Shown: positions 27,590-38,329 of the stretch, in pieces | Layout: every line of letters starts with the position of its first letter | Position numbering within the stretch: the stretch's first letter is position 1 | Source of the DNA: Candidatus Saccharimonadia bacterium | GTDB taxonomy: Bacteria > Patescibacteriota > Saccharimonadia > UBA4664 | NCBI GenBank assembly: GCA_035544015.1 | Contig: DATKIP010000093.1 | Span: forward strand, 281,454 to 345,453 | Reading direction: 5' to 3' | Length of the DNA stretch: 64,000 nucleotides | Position numbers and translations under genes: made by a program | Notes under the pieces: model-generated | What the model saw: the letters and a program-made list of their open reading frames with translations, nothing else | Database searches by the model: none | Told to the model about the DNA's origin: nothing

Positions 27590-28696
27590 CTAAGCGTGCC
27601 GCCGTCCCCGGGCCTGCAAACTCGACATCACCGCCAGGCCGATGAAAATCGCCCCGGTCAAACCCGTAATTACCTCCGGCACGTCGTATCGCAAGCTAGC
27701 CGCCATCAGTACCGCTAGCGCCCCCAAAGCATAGTGCGCTCCGTGCTCCAGATAAATAAACTCACCTAGCGTATCGTGGCGCACCAGCCACACCGTCAGC
27801 TCCCGCACAAAGAACGCCCCCACCCCGAGGCCAATCGCGATCGTCAGCACATTACTCGTAATCGCAAACGCCCCGATCACGCCGTCAAACGAGAACGATG
27901 CGTCGAGCACCTCCAGATACAAAAACAAAAACAACGCCGCCCGGCCGGCCAGCCCCACCGTCGCTTTGGCCGCATGCGCCGAAGAACCATCTGGCCGCAC
28001 CCCCCCAAACTGCTCAAACAACTCGCTAAACCCTCGCACAGCCAGGTACGTCGCCAACCCCGTCACCCCGGCCATCATCACCCGCTGCGACTCTGCCGCA
28101 CCCCACGTATGACTCACCACAATCAGCGCCAGCAGCGCCAATAAACTCGATAGCGTCTTCAGCCGGCCACCACTGGCGAGCGGCGCCTCAATCACGGCCA
28201 GCCAATGCACCCGCTTGGCTTCATCGAGCAAAAAATCCAGAAAAATCATGAGCAAAAAAATTCCACCAAAGGCCGCGATAGCCGGATGCGCATCCGCCAA
28301 CCGCACCGCGTACTCCGAAGGGTGATTCAAGATCAAATCGATCACGGCCCCAAACCCCAAACCAGCCGTCACCGCCACGATCACCACCGGAAACACCAGC
28401 CGCATACCCACCACCGCGATCACCATACCCACAGTCATAAACATCCGCTGCCAAAACGCGTTAAGCCGCCGCAATACCGTGGCGTTAATCACGGCATTGT
28501 CAAACGACAGCGAAATCTCCAGTACCGCCAGCACCGCCACGAGCACCGCCTCGCCCGGTCCGCCTACCATTGCCGCTAGCACCACGCCGGCCAGCAATAC
28601 AAGCAGCGGATACTTCACAGCCGACAGCAATGATCCGAAAACATTCATACCCCCCATCATACCTGATACCGCACACACAGCCCACCATTTCGCCAA
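27590..28696 (-). CDS. DUF475 domain-containing integral membrane protein
   Basis: Duplicated hydrophobic modules with SLSFDNA and SFSFDGV signatures (DUF475 / TerC-like). 368 aa. The start may be an internal Met. Confidence 0.5.
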   Translation of the reverse strand: MAKWWAVCAVSGMMGGMNVFGSLLSAVKYPLLVLLAGVVLAAMVGGPGEAVLVAVLAVLEISLSFDNAVINATVLRRLNAFWQRMFMTVGMVIAVVGMRLVFPVVIVAVTAGLGFGAVIDLILNHPSEYAVRLADAHPAIAAFGGIFLLMIFLDFLLDEAKRVHWLAVIEAPLASGGRLKTLSSLLALLALIVVSHTWGAAESQRVMMAGVTGLATYLAVRGFSELFEQFGGVRPDGSSAHAAKATVGLAGRAALFLFLYLEVLDASFSFDGVIGAFAITSNVLTIAIGLGVGAFFVRELTVWLVRHDTLGEFIYLEHGAHYALGALAVLMAASLRYDVPEVITGLTGAIFIGLAVMSSLQARGRRHA

Positions 28697-28840
28697 AAAC
28701 AGATTTTTATTAACAAATAATGAAAAAAGTCTCGTAAAAAGTAAAGTGCCGTGATAGCATCAAATTGAATCTCGGAATAACACCGGCCCCAAGGCGTTAC
28801 TTCTCGAGGTCTTTTATTGTGACCGTAACCAAATTCAAAG

Positions 28841-29302
28841 ATGGAAACCCCCGATAGCAGTCGCCAATCCGGTCTCTTCCACCCGCTTCGTCACGCCACA
28901 TTGCGCTTCGCAATCCTGGCCCTGGCCGCCGCGGGCATTGCCGCCTACGCCGCCTTCAGCCACAGCCGCACCCTCACCCTTGCCACCGCCCAACAGCCCG
29001 AAGCTTACACCGAGCTGTATTTCACCCACCCCGACAAGCTCGCCAAAACCGCCCCGGCCAGCCAATCTCGCATCATCGAATTTACCGTACACAATCTCGA
29101 AGGCCGCACCACCGCCTATCCCTACGCGATCTACCGCGATGACCAACAAATCGCCACCGGCACCATCACGCTAAACAACTTTGCAACCTCGCCGGTCAAT
29201 CAATCCCTCGTCATCGCAGGCACAAAGACGCGCACTATGATCACCGTCAAGCTTCTCAACACTGGCCAGTCGATTCACTTCTGGACCGAGCAACCATCGT
29301 GA
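28841..29302 (+). CDS. small membrane-anchored hypothetical protein (first gene of glycosyltransferase operon)
   Basis: 153 aa with one TM helix (LRFAILALAAAGIAAYAAF) followed by a beta-rich domain. Its stop overlaps the start of the next gene (ATGA-type coupling). Confidence 0.4.
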   Translation: METPDSSRQSGLFHPLRHATLRFAILALAAAGIAAYAAFSHSRTLTLATAQQPEAYTELYFTHPDKLAKTAPASQSRIIEFTVHNLEGRTTAYPYAIYRDDQQIATGTITLNNFATSPVNQSLVIAGTKTRTMITVKLLNTGQSIHFWTEQPS

Positions 29303-31137
29303 AACAGCCGCTCAAGAAAGTTACCGTTCTCATACCCTGCTACAACGAAGCCGAAAGCATCACCGGCGTCGTCACCGGCTTCCCCGTCCAGCAGATGAAG
29401 GCCCACGGCTACGCCCTCAAAGTCGTCGTCATCAACAACAACAGCTCCGACCAAACCGCCGCCGTCGCCCGAGCCGCCGGCGCCCAAGTGATCCATGAAA
29501 CCCGCCAAGGCAAGGGACATGCCATCCGCACCGGCTTCCACCGCGTCACCAAAGACACCGACTACGTCGTGATGCTCGACGGCGACTTCACCTACAACCC
29601 CGCCGAAATCATCCGGCTACTCGAACCCATCAACTCCGGCTTCTGCAACGTTGTCATCGGCTCGCGACTCGGCGGCCGCATCACGAGCGGCTCCATGACA
29701 ACCTTCAACCGCCTTGGCAACTGGATCTTTTCGCACCTCGTGCGCTACCTCTATCGCGTCAACGTCACTGATGTGCTCACCGGCTATTTCGCCTGGGACC
29801 GCCATGCCATCGAGCGGCTCCGTCCTCACCTCACATCCCAAGGTTTTGCCATCGAGATGGAAATGATCACCAAAATGGCCAAACTCGGCGAGGAAATCTA
29901 CTCGGTACCCATCAGCTACCACTCGCGGTCGGGCAGCTCTAGCCTGCGGCCCATCCGCGACGGCGCGCGCATTCTGGCCATGTATCTGCGCAACTTCTTC
30001 TGGCGGCCGGCCTCCACTGTCGAACGCGTCGCCTTCGTCTCCGACACTATCTATCCCTACAATATGGGTGGCAAAGAAACCCGCCTGGCCGAAATCACCA
30101 AACGCCTCGTCAAACCCGGCCGCGAAGTCCACATCTACACCATGAAGTGGTGGGACGGTCCCAAAACCATCATCGAAGACGGCATCCACCTCCACGCCAT
30201 CAGCCGGCTCCATCCCCTGTACCGCCACAGCCGGCGCTCGTTTCGTGAGGCGCTCATGTTTGGGTTCGCCACCTTCAAGTTGCTGTTCCAAAAATTTGAC
30301 ACTCTCGACGTCGACTCCATGCCGTTCTTTCCGCTATATAGCGCCAGAATCGTCTGCTGGCTGCGCGGCAAAAAACTCTACGCCACCTGGCATGAAGTCA
30401 CCGACCGGACCGCCTGGACGACCTATATCGGCACAATCCCTGGCACCATTGCCTGGGCCGTCGAGCGCCTCGCCACCGCGCTACCCGACCTCATCATCTC
30501 CAACTCCCAGCACACCACCCGACGCCTGCGCCAAAACGGCACCCGACCCCAAATCATCACCATCCCGCTCGGCGTCGACCTCGAAGCCATTTACTCCATC
30601 CAGCCGTCAGTGAGCACGAGCGACGTTATTTTCGTGGGGCGCCTCCTCCCGCACAAAAACGTCGACCTACTCGTCCACGCCATGGCCAAGGTCCAAAAAA
30701 CCAACCCCGAAATCCTCTGCCGCATCATCGGCAACGGGCCCGAAAGCCCCCGGCTCGAAGCCCTCATCCACAAACTCGGCCTCGCCGAAAACGTCCGCAT
30801 CAGCCCTTTTGTGCCCCTGCACTCAGAGCTTTACGGCCTCATGAAGGCCTCCAAAGTCTTCGTGCTACCCTCGATCCGCGAAGGCTTCAGCCTCGTAGTA
30901 GTCGAGGCCAACGCCAACGGCATCCCCGTCGTCACCACCAACCACCCCGACAACGCCGGCCGCGAGCTCATCATCGAAGGCGTCAACGGCTACCTCACTG
31001 ACCTCTCACCCGACAGCATCGCCCAAAAAATCCTGCTTGCGCTCGACCAGCAAACCACCCTGCACCCCACGCAAAACATCGAACAATACGACTGGAACAC
31101 CGTAGCCAAAAGCATCGAGAAGGTGTTTGCGCACTAA
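29299..31137 (+). CDS. bifunctional glycosyltransferase: N-terminal GT2 (polyprenol-phosphate sugar synthase/DPM1-like) fused to C-terminal GT4
   Basis: N-terminal VLIPCYNEAESI ... DGD ... signature of GT2. The C-terminal half has the GT4 motifs (FVGRLLPHKNVDLL ... EGFSLVVVEANANGIPVV). 612 aa. Confidence 0.75.
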   Translation: MKQPLKKVTVLIPCYNEAESITGVVTGFPVQQMKAHGYALKVVVINNNSSDQTAAVARAAGAQVIHETRQGKGHAIRTGFHRVTKDTDYVVMLDGDFTYNPAEIIRLLEPINSGFCNVVIGSRLGGRITSGSMTTFNRLGNWIFSHLVRYLYRVNVTDVLTGYFAWDRHAIERLRPHLTSQGFAIEMEMITKMAKLGEEIYSVPISYHSRSGSSSLRPIRDGARILAMYLRNFFWRPASTVERVAFVSDTIYPYNMGGKETRLAEITKRLVKPGREVHIYTMKWWDGPKTIIEDGIHLHAISRLHPLYRHSRRSFREALMFGFATFKLLFQKFDTLDVDSMPFFPLYSARIVCWLRGKKLYATWHEVTDRTAWTTYIGTIPGTIAWAVERLATALPDLIISNSQHTTRRLRQNGTRPQIITIPLGVDLEAIYSIQPSVSTSDVIFVGRLLPHKNVDLLVHAMAKVQKTNPEILCRIIGNGPESPRLEALIHKLGLAENVRISPFVPLHSELYGLMKASKVFVLPSIREGFSLVVVEANANGIPVVTTNHPDNAGRELIIEGVNGYLTDLSPDSIAQKILLALDQQTTLHPTQNIEQYDWNTVAKSIEKVFAH

Positions 31138-33428
31138 TGAAAATTCTTGTCGTCACACCCTACTTTGCGCCCGCCCTCGGCGGACTCGAAAATTACGCCC
31201 TCAACCTCGCCAAGGAGCTTCATGAGGCCGGACACGACATCGTCGTCGTCACCGCAAACCACCGGGGCAACCACCGCGTCCACGAAACCATCAACGGATT
31301 GCGCATTATCCGCCTACCCATCACCGCCAAACTCAGCAACACGCCAATCGGCCTGGGATGGTATTTTCAGCTGCGTACCATCATTCACACCGAGCAACCA
31401 GACCTCGTCAATGCCCACACGCCCGTACCGTTCATCGCCGACATGGCGGTGCGTGCCGCCGGACAAATCCCCACCATTCTCACGTACCACAATGATCTCG
31501 CCAAATCGAGCCTCCTCGGCCTGGTATTCACCAAGCTCTACTACGCACTGCTAGGCCGGCGTACGCTCCGCCTGGCCACCCGCATCATCACCACCTCCCA
31601 ATACTATGCCGACCTCTCGCCCTACCTCGCCGCCCATCGCGGCAAAATCGCTGTCGTGCCCCCGGGCGTCGATATCGCCGCCTATCACTCCGGCATCGAC
31701 AAAACCTGGCTGCACCAGCGTCACGCCGGCCAAAAGATTGTGCTCTTCGTGGCCTCGCTCAAAAAATCCCACGCGCACAAAGGCCTGAATATACTGCTCC
31801 AATCATTCGCCCGGGCCTTGTCTCACGAAGCCAACCTCCATCTAGTCGTGGTAGGGGAGGGCGACGGCACAGCCGGGTATCAACAGCAAGCCAATAGCCT
31901 CGGCCTCAGCTCTCGCGTCACCTTCGCTGGCCGCGTCAGCGACGAAGCCCTGCCGCGCTATTTCGCCGGCGCCGATGTGGCCGTATTGCCATCCGTCAAT
32001 GCCTCCGAGGGCTTCGGCATGGTACTCCTCGAGGCCCAAGCCTGCGGCACGCCCGTGATTGGCTCCCGCATCGGCGGAATCCCGGCTGTCGTCGAGCACG
32101 GCCGCACCGGCGAGCTCGTGGCCGCATCGTCCGTTCCCGAGCTCACCAGCTCGCTCCTGCGCATCCTGGGCGACGACGCCTACGCCGCACGCCTCGGCCG
32201 ACGCGGCGCCGAAACCGTTGCCGCCAACTTTAGCTGGCAGCACCAAGCCCAACGATTCGAAGCCATCGCCATCGCCGTACTCGACCAGCATCCCCAAACC
32301 ATCGTTCAGGTCGTCTCCTACTACCCGCCCCATACCGGCGGGATGGAAAACGCTGCCCGCGAAATCTCGCACCAGCTCGCAGCCCTGGGACACCACGTCG
32401 AAATATTCACCTCAAACATCGCTGCCCCCGCCGGACGCACCCAAGAATCAGGCTGCACCGTCCATCGGCTACCCAGCCTCGAAATCGCTCACACCCCCAT
32501 CATCTGGAGCCTCTTTTGGCAGCTCATGACCGTAAAACACCCCAGCATCATCCACGTCCACGTCGCTCAAGCCTACACGCCCGAAATCGCCTACCTCGTC
32601 AGCCGCCTCCGCCGCATCCCGCTCGTGCTCCACTTTCACCAAGACGTCGGCGCCTCCGGTCTCGCCGGCAAAATCTTGCCCATCTACAAAAAGTTCAGCC
32701 TCGGACCCTTACTCCGAAGAGCCGAGCTCGTCATCGCCATTTCTCCCACCTATCGCCAGTTTCTCGTTGATGCTTATCGCCTCCATCGCCTCGCCATCGT
32801 ATCCAACGGCGTCGGCCCCGAATTCTTCACCCCCAAAACCGGCTTCAAACCCGATTCCAAACGCCCCCTCCGGCTCCTCTACGTGGGCCGGCTCTCGTGG
32901 GAAAAAAACGTGGGCCTGCTCATCGAAGCCACCAAAAACCTGGGGCGCCCCGTCGAGCTCCAGATCGTCGGCAATGGTCCGCTCGAGCAAAACCTAGCCC
33001 AAATCATTGCCGCCAGCCCCCACCCTCACGCCCACATCACCATGGCCGGCTACAAAACCAAAGCCGAACTACCCGCCTATTACCGTCAAGCCCAGATGGT
33101 TCTCATAGCCTCAGACTATGAAATTCAGCCGCTCGTGGCACTCGAGGCCATGGCAAGCGGCACTCCCGTCATCGGCTCGCGCATTCCCGGGCTCATCGAT
33201 ACGCTCGGCGACGACGGACTCATCGTAGACAAAACCGCCACCGCCTTCCGCGACGGTATTCTGCAGCTCGCGGATAACCCAACGCTCTGGCAAACCCTCA
33301 GCCGACGCGGCCAAGCCAAAGCCAAGCGCCTCAGCTGGGACCAAGCCGCCACCCAGCTCGATACCCTCTATGCCGCCCTCTCCGCTCACCATCCCGCCCC
33401 CGCCGCCAAAACCGAGACCGCCCAATGA
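31137..33428 (+). CDS. tandem double GT4 glycosyltransferase (two complete GT-B modules)
   Basis: Module 1: MKILVVTPYFAPALGG ... EGFGMVLLEAQACGTPVIGS. Module 2: VQVVSYYPPHTGGMEN ... QPLVALEAMASGTPVIGS. 763 aa. The start overlaps the previous gene's stop by 1 nt. Confidence 0.75.
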   Translation: MKILVVTPYFAPALGGLENYALNLAKELHEAGHDIVVVTANHRGNHRVHETINGLRIIRLPITAKLSNTPIGLGWYFQLRTIIHTEQPDLVNAHTPVPFIADMAVRAAGQIPTILTYHNDLAKSSLLGLVFTKLYYALLGRRTLRLATRIITTSQYYADLSPYLAAHRGKIAVVPPGVDIAAYHSGIDKTWLHQRHAGQKIVLFVASLKKSHAHKGLNILLQSFARALSHEANLHLVVVGEGDGTAGYQQQANSLGLSSRVTFAGRVSDEALPRYFAGADVAVLPSVNASEGFGMVLLEAQACGTPVIGSRIGGIPAVVEHGRTGELVAASSVPELTSSLLRILGDDAYAARLGRRGAETVAANFSWQHQAQRFEAIAIAVLDQHPQTIVQVVSYYPPHTGGMENAAREISHQLAALGHHVEIFTSNIAAPAGRTQESGCTVHRLPSLEIAHTPIIWSLFWQLMTVKHPSIIHVHVAQAYTPEIAYLVSRLRRIPLVLHFHQDVGASGLAGKILPIYKKFSLGPLLRRAELVIAISPTYRQFLVDAYRLHRLAIVSNGVGPEFFTPKTGFKPDSKRPLRLLYVGRLSWEKNVGLLIEATKNLGRPVELQIVGNGPLEQNLAQIIAASPHPHAHITMAGYKTKAELPAYYRQAQMVLIASDYEIQPLVALEAMASGTPVIGSRIPGLIDTLGDDGLIVDKTATAFRDGILQLADNPTLWQTLSRRGQAKAKRLSWDQAATQLDTLYAALSAHHPAPAAKTETAQ

Positions 33429-35791
33429 AGCTGCGCTCCATTCGCACCATCTGGCTCCTTCCGCTACTCATCACCCTCGCCGTCGTCCTCAATATTCTCG
33501 TGTTCACCATCCCATACTTCGACCCCATCAAGGCCGTGCTTGGGTTTGCCTGGTTATTTTTGGCTCCCGGTTGGTTCATTGCCCAAATCATCCGCCTCAA
33601 AACCCCCAGCCACGGTGAATACGTTGGCTTCATTGTCGGCTTTAGCACCCTCGCCACCATGCTCACGACGCTCCTCATCAACACCACCCTCATGCTACTT
33701 GGCAACCCGCACCCCCTCGATGCCCCCAACCTGATGATCGGAACCGATATCGCCTGGAGCGCCCTGCTCGCGGGCGCCCTCTGGCGCCATCGCGCAGGCC
33801 TGCCATCACAACGAATCTCCCTACCCCAAGCCATACCAAACCCACCCTGGCTCCTCACACTGGGCGCACTAATCCCCGTAGCCCTCGCCATCCTGGGCGC
33901 CAACAGCCTCAACAACCACGGCACCAATCTCTTCACCGTCGGCCTGCTCCTCTACCTGGCCGCCTACCTCGGATACCTCGTCACCCGTCGCAGCCAATTC
34001 AGCGAAAACGCCCTCGTGCTCGCGCTCTATGGCACCGCGCTCGCTCTCCTTTTCATGACCAGCCTGCGCGGCTGGACCACCACCGGGCACGACGTCCAGG
34101 CCGAATATCATGTGTTTCTCCTCACACTCAACCATCTCAGCTGGAACATGGCCAACTTGCGCGACGCCTACAACGCCTGTTTGAGCATCACCGTACTACC
34201 TACTATTGTTCACCAAATAACCGGTATCAACGAGGGATATGTCTACAAAATCGTCTTCCAGATGATCTTTGCCCTCGTACCCGGCATGGTGTACCTCATA
34301 GCCCGAAACTACGCCTCGCGTCTTGTAAGCCTGTTGGCGGCAATTTACTTCATGGCCTTTCCCACCTTCTTTGGCGATATGCCGATGCTCAACCGCCAAG
34401 AAATCGCCTTCGTATTCCTGGGGCTTATCTTTCTCACCATCTTCAATGCCGATTGGCGCCTCGGCCAAAAACGCTGGCTCATTGCGACACTCAGCCTCGG
34501 CGTAGTGCTGTCACATTACTCCACCACCTATACCATGATCGCCATGTTTGCAATCTTCCTCGCACTCAGCACCAGCCTCAAATTCATCACCAACCACCTT
34601 GATTCCTCTCGTCAGCGCCTACACCTATTTCTCGCCCGCTGGCGCAAACCCAAGCCCTCTCCAATCAGCCTGTGGGTAATCGCCATGCTTCTCGCAAGCA
34701 GTTATATCTGGAGCATCCAGCTCACGGGCACCGGCGGCAACCTCGCCCGCGTCGCCCTCGGTACCGTCCAAAGCATTCGCACCGGCATAGCGGGGGAGAA
34801 CCGCTCCAGCGATACCAGCTACAGCCTACTCGCCAAAACCCACGCCACCACCCAACAGCGCCTCGACGGCTACCTCCAGCAATCCGTACCCCAGGACCGA
34901 GCCAAAGCCGATCCCGCCACCCTCTATCCGACCCAAACTTACGCACCATACCCCGTAAAAGCCGCCACCGACGAAAATCTCGCCCTCACACCGATCGGCC
35001 AGCGCCTATCAGCTGCCGGCATCAATGTTCCCGCTCTCAACGCCCTCATCCGCCAAAGCTCGGCCGCCCTCCTGCAACTCGTCCTGATCGTCGGCATCTT
35101 GCTCCTATTTATAGGCTACCGATTCGCCGGCCATATCACCCGGCGGCACTACACCGAATACCAGCTCTTTGCGCTTTCCACCATCTGCATTCTTGCCATG
35201 ATCGTTCTCCTCCCGGTCATCTCAGCCGAATACGGCCTCCTGCGCGCCTTCCAGCAAATGTTGCTGGTGTCTGGCAGCGCCATTGCGCTAGCCACCATCG
35301 CCCTCGTTCCCGCACGCTACCGCCGAGCTCGACAGATCATCCCGTCCGCGCTAGCCATCGCGTTTCTGCTCTCGTCCACCGGGGTTTTCACCACCCTGCT
35401 CGGAGGCTACCCCGGCCAACTACACCTTGCCAACAGCGGCAAATATTACGACCTCTACTACCCCCATGCCAGCGAAGAACGCGCCGCCGATTGGCTTGAA
35501 AGCACCAACACCATCTTCTATCACCGGGGCAATGGCGGCTCCGGCATCTACGCCGACCAGCCCACCTATGCCAAAATCCAAAGCTTCACCTCGCTGAGCC
35601 TCAAAGGCGGATTGTATCCCGGCCTCATCAAACGTAACGCCTACGTATTCCTGGGATACACCAATGTTACGAAGCAGCAGGCCCTGCTATCGGTCGACGG
35701 CGACGTCATCACTTACCAATACCCGCTCCAGTTCCTGGACGATCAAAAAGACTTGCTATACTCCAGCCAAACCACCCGGATATATCGATGA
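33425..35791 (+). CDS. large polytopic membrane protein, GT-C-fold-like glycosyltransferase candidate
   Basis: 788 aa, 13 or more predicted TM helices, followed by a C-terminal soluble domain of roughly 150 aa. Embedded between glycosyltransferase genes with 4-nt overlaps on both sides. No WWDYG motif was seen. Confidence 0.5.
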   Translation: MKLRSIRTIWLLPLLITLAVVLNILVFTIPYFDPIKAVLGFAWLFLAPGWFIAQIIRLKTPSHGEYVGFIVGFSTLATMLTTLLINTTLMLLGNPHPLDAPNLMIGTDIAWSALLAGALWRHRAGLPSQRISLPQAIPNPPWLLTLGALIPVALAILGANSLNNHGTNLFTVGLLLYLAAYLGYLVTRRSQFSENALVLALYGTALALLFMTSLRGWTTTGHDVQAEYHVFLLTLNHLSWNMANLRDAYNACLSITVLPTIVHQITGINEGYVYKIVFQMIFALVPGMVYLIARNYASRLVSLLAAIYFMAFPTFFGDMPMLNRQEIAFVFLGLIFLTIFNADWRLGQKRWLIATLSLGVVLSHYSTTYTMIAMFAIFLALSTSLKFITNHLDSSRQRLHLFLARWRKPKPSPISLWVIAMLLASSYIWSIQLTGTGGNLARVALGTVQSIRTGIAGENRSSDTSYSLLAKTHATTQQRLDGYLQQSVPQDRAKADPATLYPTQTYAPYPVKAATDENLALTPIGQRLSAAGINVPALNALIRQSSAALLQLVLIVGILLLFIGYRFAGHITRRHYTEYQLFALSTICILAMIVLLPVISAEYGLLRAFQQMLLVSGSAIALATIALVPARYRRARQIIPSALAIAFLLSSTGVFTTLLGGYPGQLHLANSGKYYDLYYPHASEERAADWLESTNTIFYHRGNGGSGIYADQPTYAKIQSFTSLSLKGGLYPGLIKRNAYVFLGYTNVTKQQALLSVDGDVITYQYPLQFLDDQKDLLYSSQTTRIYR

Positions 35792-36975
35792 AAATACTTA
35801 TGGTCATCAGTCAAGGCTACGTCGGAGGCGGAGCTGAAAATAGCTTAATGCTCACACGCTCTGAGCTTCTGGCGCGAGGGCATCAAGTCAAAATTCTGTC
35901 CGCCGATGACCCCAAGCATGATTTATTTTCCGACTACACGTTTCGCACCATCCCTCTCCACTCGCCGCTCAAAGCCCTCCATCACCTCTTCTACGTGCGG
36001 TCATACCGAGCACTCAAGGCCGCTATCCGTGACTTCCAGCCCGATGTCATTCACTTCCACACCCTCGGTTCATGCAGCCCCTCGATACTCTTTGCCGCCG
36101 GCCGCGTCCCCGCCGTCATGACCATCCACGGACCCGAGGAGTTCACCCTGAGCTTGCTCCCATGGTTCCTCGGCGCCAGCGATTTCAAAAATCAGGATTT
36201 TGACACCGCTCATCTCACCTTCACCGGATTCCTCAAATACCAGTACTTTAGGTTTGTACAACGACCCATCTACCGGCTCGGGCTCAAGCGCTTGCGCCAC
36301 GTTATGGCTCCGAGCCGCTATATGCGTCGCACCACCCACACCGACTTCCCTGGCGTACCGATGACCGTCGTACCAAATGGTATCAAGCTACCATCCGCCC
36401 ACGCCCTGCCCCCCAGCCCAACCCTCCTGTTCGTAGGCCGCATCGAACCGCTCAAAGGAATCAACTACCTACTCCAAGCGTTTGCGCAGGCAACACCCGT
36501 CCTTCCCCTGCTCAAACTCCGTATCGTCGGCACCGGCCCCCAACTGCCAGCCCTCCGGCAAGCGGCCATCGATTTGGGCATCGCCCACCAAACCGAATTT
36601 TGCGGCTGGATCCAGCCCAGTCACATTCGCAATGAGTACCTCAGGTCCTCGGCGCTCGTCATACCCTCAATTTGCCCCGAGGCCTTCGGGCTGGTGGCAG
36701 TCGAGGCTATGGCTACCGGCCGACCCGTCATCGCCACCGACCTAGGCTCACTCCCAGAACTTGTCACGCACGCTCACACCGGACTCGTCGTGCCCCCAGC
36801 CGACGCGAACCGCCTGGCAGCGGCCATCGTACAGCTCTTTCAAACCCCAGGCCTCCTACCCAAACTAGCCGCCGAAGCCGCCCAGTCTGCTCAGCGGTTT
36901 TCAATTACTCGCCACATCGACCAGCTCGAAACCATCTATCGCGATGCCACCGAACCATCCGCAACGCCGCTTTGA
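35788..36975 (+). CDS. GT4 family glycosyltransferase
   Basis: MKILMVISQGYVGGGAEN ... FVGRIEPLKG ... EAFGLVAVEAMATGRPVIATDLGSLPELV. Confidence 0.8.
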   Translation: MKILMVISQGYVGGGAENSLMLTRSELLARGHQVKILSADDPKHDLFSDYTFRTIPLHSPLKALHHLFYVRSYRALKAAIRDFQPDVIHFHTLGSCSPSILFAAGRVPAVMTIHGPEEFTLSLLPWFLGASDFKNQDFDTAHLTFTGFLKYQYFRFVQRPIYRLGLKRLRHVMAPSRYMRRTTHTDFPGVPMTVVPNGIKLPSAHALPPSPTLLFVGRIEPLKGINYLLQAFAQATPVLPLLKLRIVGTGPQLPALRQAAIDLGIAHQTEFCGWIQPSHIRNEYLRSSALVIPSICPEAFGLVAVEAMATGRPVIATDLGSLPELVTHAHTGLVVPPADANRLAAAIVQLFQTPGLLPKLAAEAAQSAQRFSITRHIDQLETIYRDATEPSATPL

Positions 36976-37135
36976 CCATAGGCGTTATATACCATACCAT
37001 TGGCTTAGTGTCAGATAGGAATGTGCCATAAAGCCGCTCAAAAAACTCGACCATCTCCTTCAAAAACCCCTCAAGCGTCCATGGTTCACCTCAGGAACGC
37101 TGGTAGCTTTAGCCATCTTCACCTTTAGCTCGACG

Positions 37136-38329
37136 TTGATTTACCTCACCGATTTCTATCAACCCCACCACACTCCCAGCCAGCCGCACAACGCCGCTGA
37201 CATCGCCGGAGCCGCCTCTACCGTTCGACCAAGCCCCTCCACCGCCCCAGCGGCCAAACAGTCCATCGCTGAGCCCAAGGCCATGTCCGGCCCCGCGCCT
37301 ACCCCAGGGCCACTCAAGGGCTACGGCATCGCCGTGGGCAACACCCTACCCGGACTACCCGCCGATGAGCTTGCCCGGCGACTCGATGACTTCAAGGCCC
37401 TTGGCATCGCTTGGATTCGCCTCGATTTCGACTGGAACGACCTCCAGCCCAGCAACGCGGCGAGTTTTTCGTGGTCGCAGCACGACAAAGTCGTCGCAGC
37501 CGCCAATGCCCGCGGCCTGCGTCTCTTGCCAATTCTCACCTACACCGCACCCTGGGCCCGCCTTCCCGCCTGTGGCTCAAATCCTCGCTGCGCCCCCGCC
37601 GATCCCGCCCAATACGCCAATTTTGCCCGCGAAACCGCCCGGCACTACGCCCCCCTCGGCATTCATCACTGGGAAATTTGGAACGAAGAAAATAGCCAGG
37701 GCGCCTGGGAACCAGCCGCCAATGCCGCCGATTACGTTCAATTCCTCAAGGCCGCCTACACCAGCATCAAACAAATCGACGCCTCTGCCACCGTCATATC
37801 TGGCGGGCTCGCCTCCAGCAGCAACGCCGACGGCATTCCGCAGCTCGATTACCTCCGGGCTATGTATGCCGCTGGGGCCAAACCATATTTCGACGCCATC
37901 GGCTACCACCCCTATTCCTACCCCGTACCCGCCTCGTACAACATCACCTGGAACGCCTGGTCTCAAATGGGCTTCACGGCCATTAGCCTGCGCTCAATCA
38001 TGGCCGCAAGTGGCGACGACGCCAAGCAAATCTGGGTCACGGAATACGGCGCACCCACCGGCGGTCCCAGCACCGAAGCTAGCTCCCAGGATTACCATCT
38101 CAACGACTCACCCGACCATGTCACCGAAGAATTCCAAGCCCAAATCGCCGCGGACGTTATTCGCAGCGCCCACAACGCTCCCTGGATCGGCCCACTGTTT
38201 TGGTACGGCTACCGAGATGAGGGCACATCGACAGACTCAAACGAAAACTTCTTCGGCCTCATTCGGGCCGACGGCTCACCGAAACCCGCCTACGAAGCCC
38301 TCAAGCAGGCCATAGCCGGCAATCAGTAA
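37136..38329 (+). CDS. TIM-barrel glycoside hydrolase (GH5/GH39-like), likely secreted
   Basis: A WEIWNEEN acid/base region and a VTEYGAPTGG nucleophile region. The track ORF begins at TTG 37136, but the in-frame upstream sequence encodes a hydrophobic anchor with no canonical start. See findings. Confidence 0.55.
   Translation: MIYLTDFYQPHHTPSQPHNAADIAGAASTVRPSPSTAPAAKQSIAEPKAMSGPAPTPGPLKGYGIAVGNTLPGLPADELARRLDDFKALGIAWIRLDFDWNDLQPSNAASFSWSQHDKVVAAANARGLRLLPILTYTAPWARLPACGSNPRCAPADPAQYANFARETARHYAPLGIHHWEIWNEENSQGAWEPAANAADYVQFLKAAYTSIKQIDASATVISGGLASSSNADGIPQLDYLRAMYAAGAKPYFDAIGYHPYSYPVPASYNITWNAWSQMGFTAISLRSIMAASGDDAKQIWVTEYGAPTGGPSTEASSQDYHLNDSPDHVTEEFQAQIAADVIRSAHNAPWIGPLFWYGYRDEGTSTDSNENFFGLIRADGSPKPAYEALKQAIAGNQ

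Noticed and set aside
34672-38315. Long Arg/Pro/Ser-rich alternative-frame ORFs (34672..35499, 37365..38315, 36672..37031)
   Set aside because: They lie within the better-supported GT-C-like membrane protein, GT4 and glycoside hydrolase genes, and have low-complexity composition.
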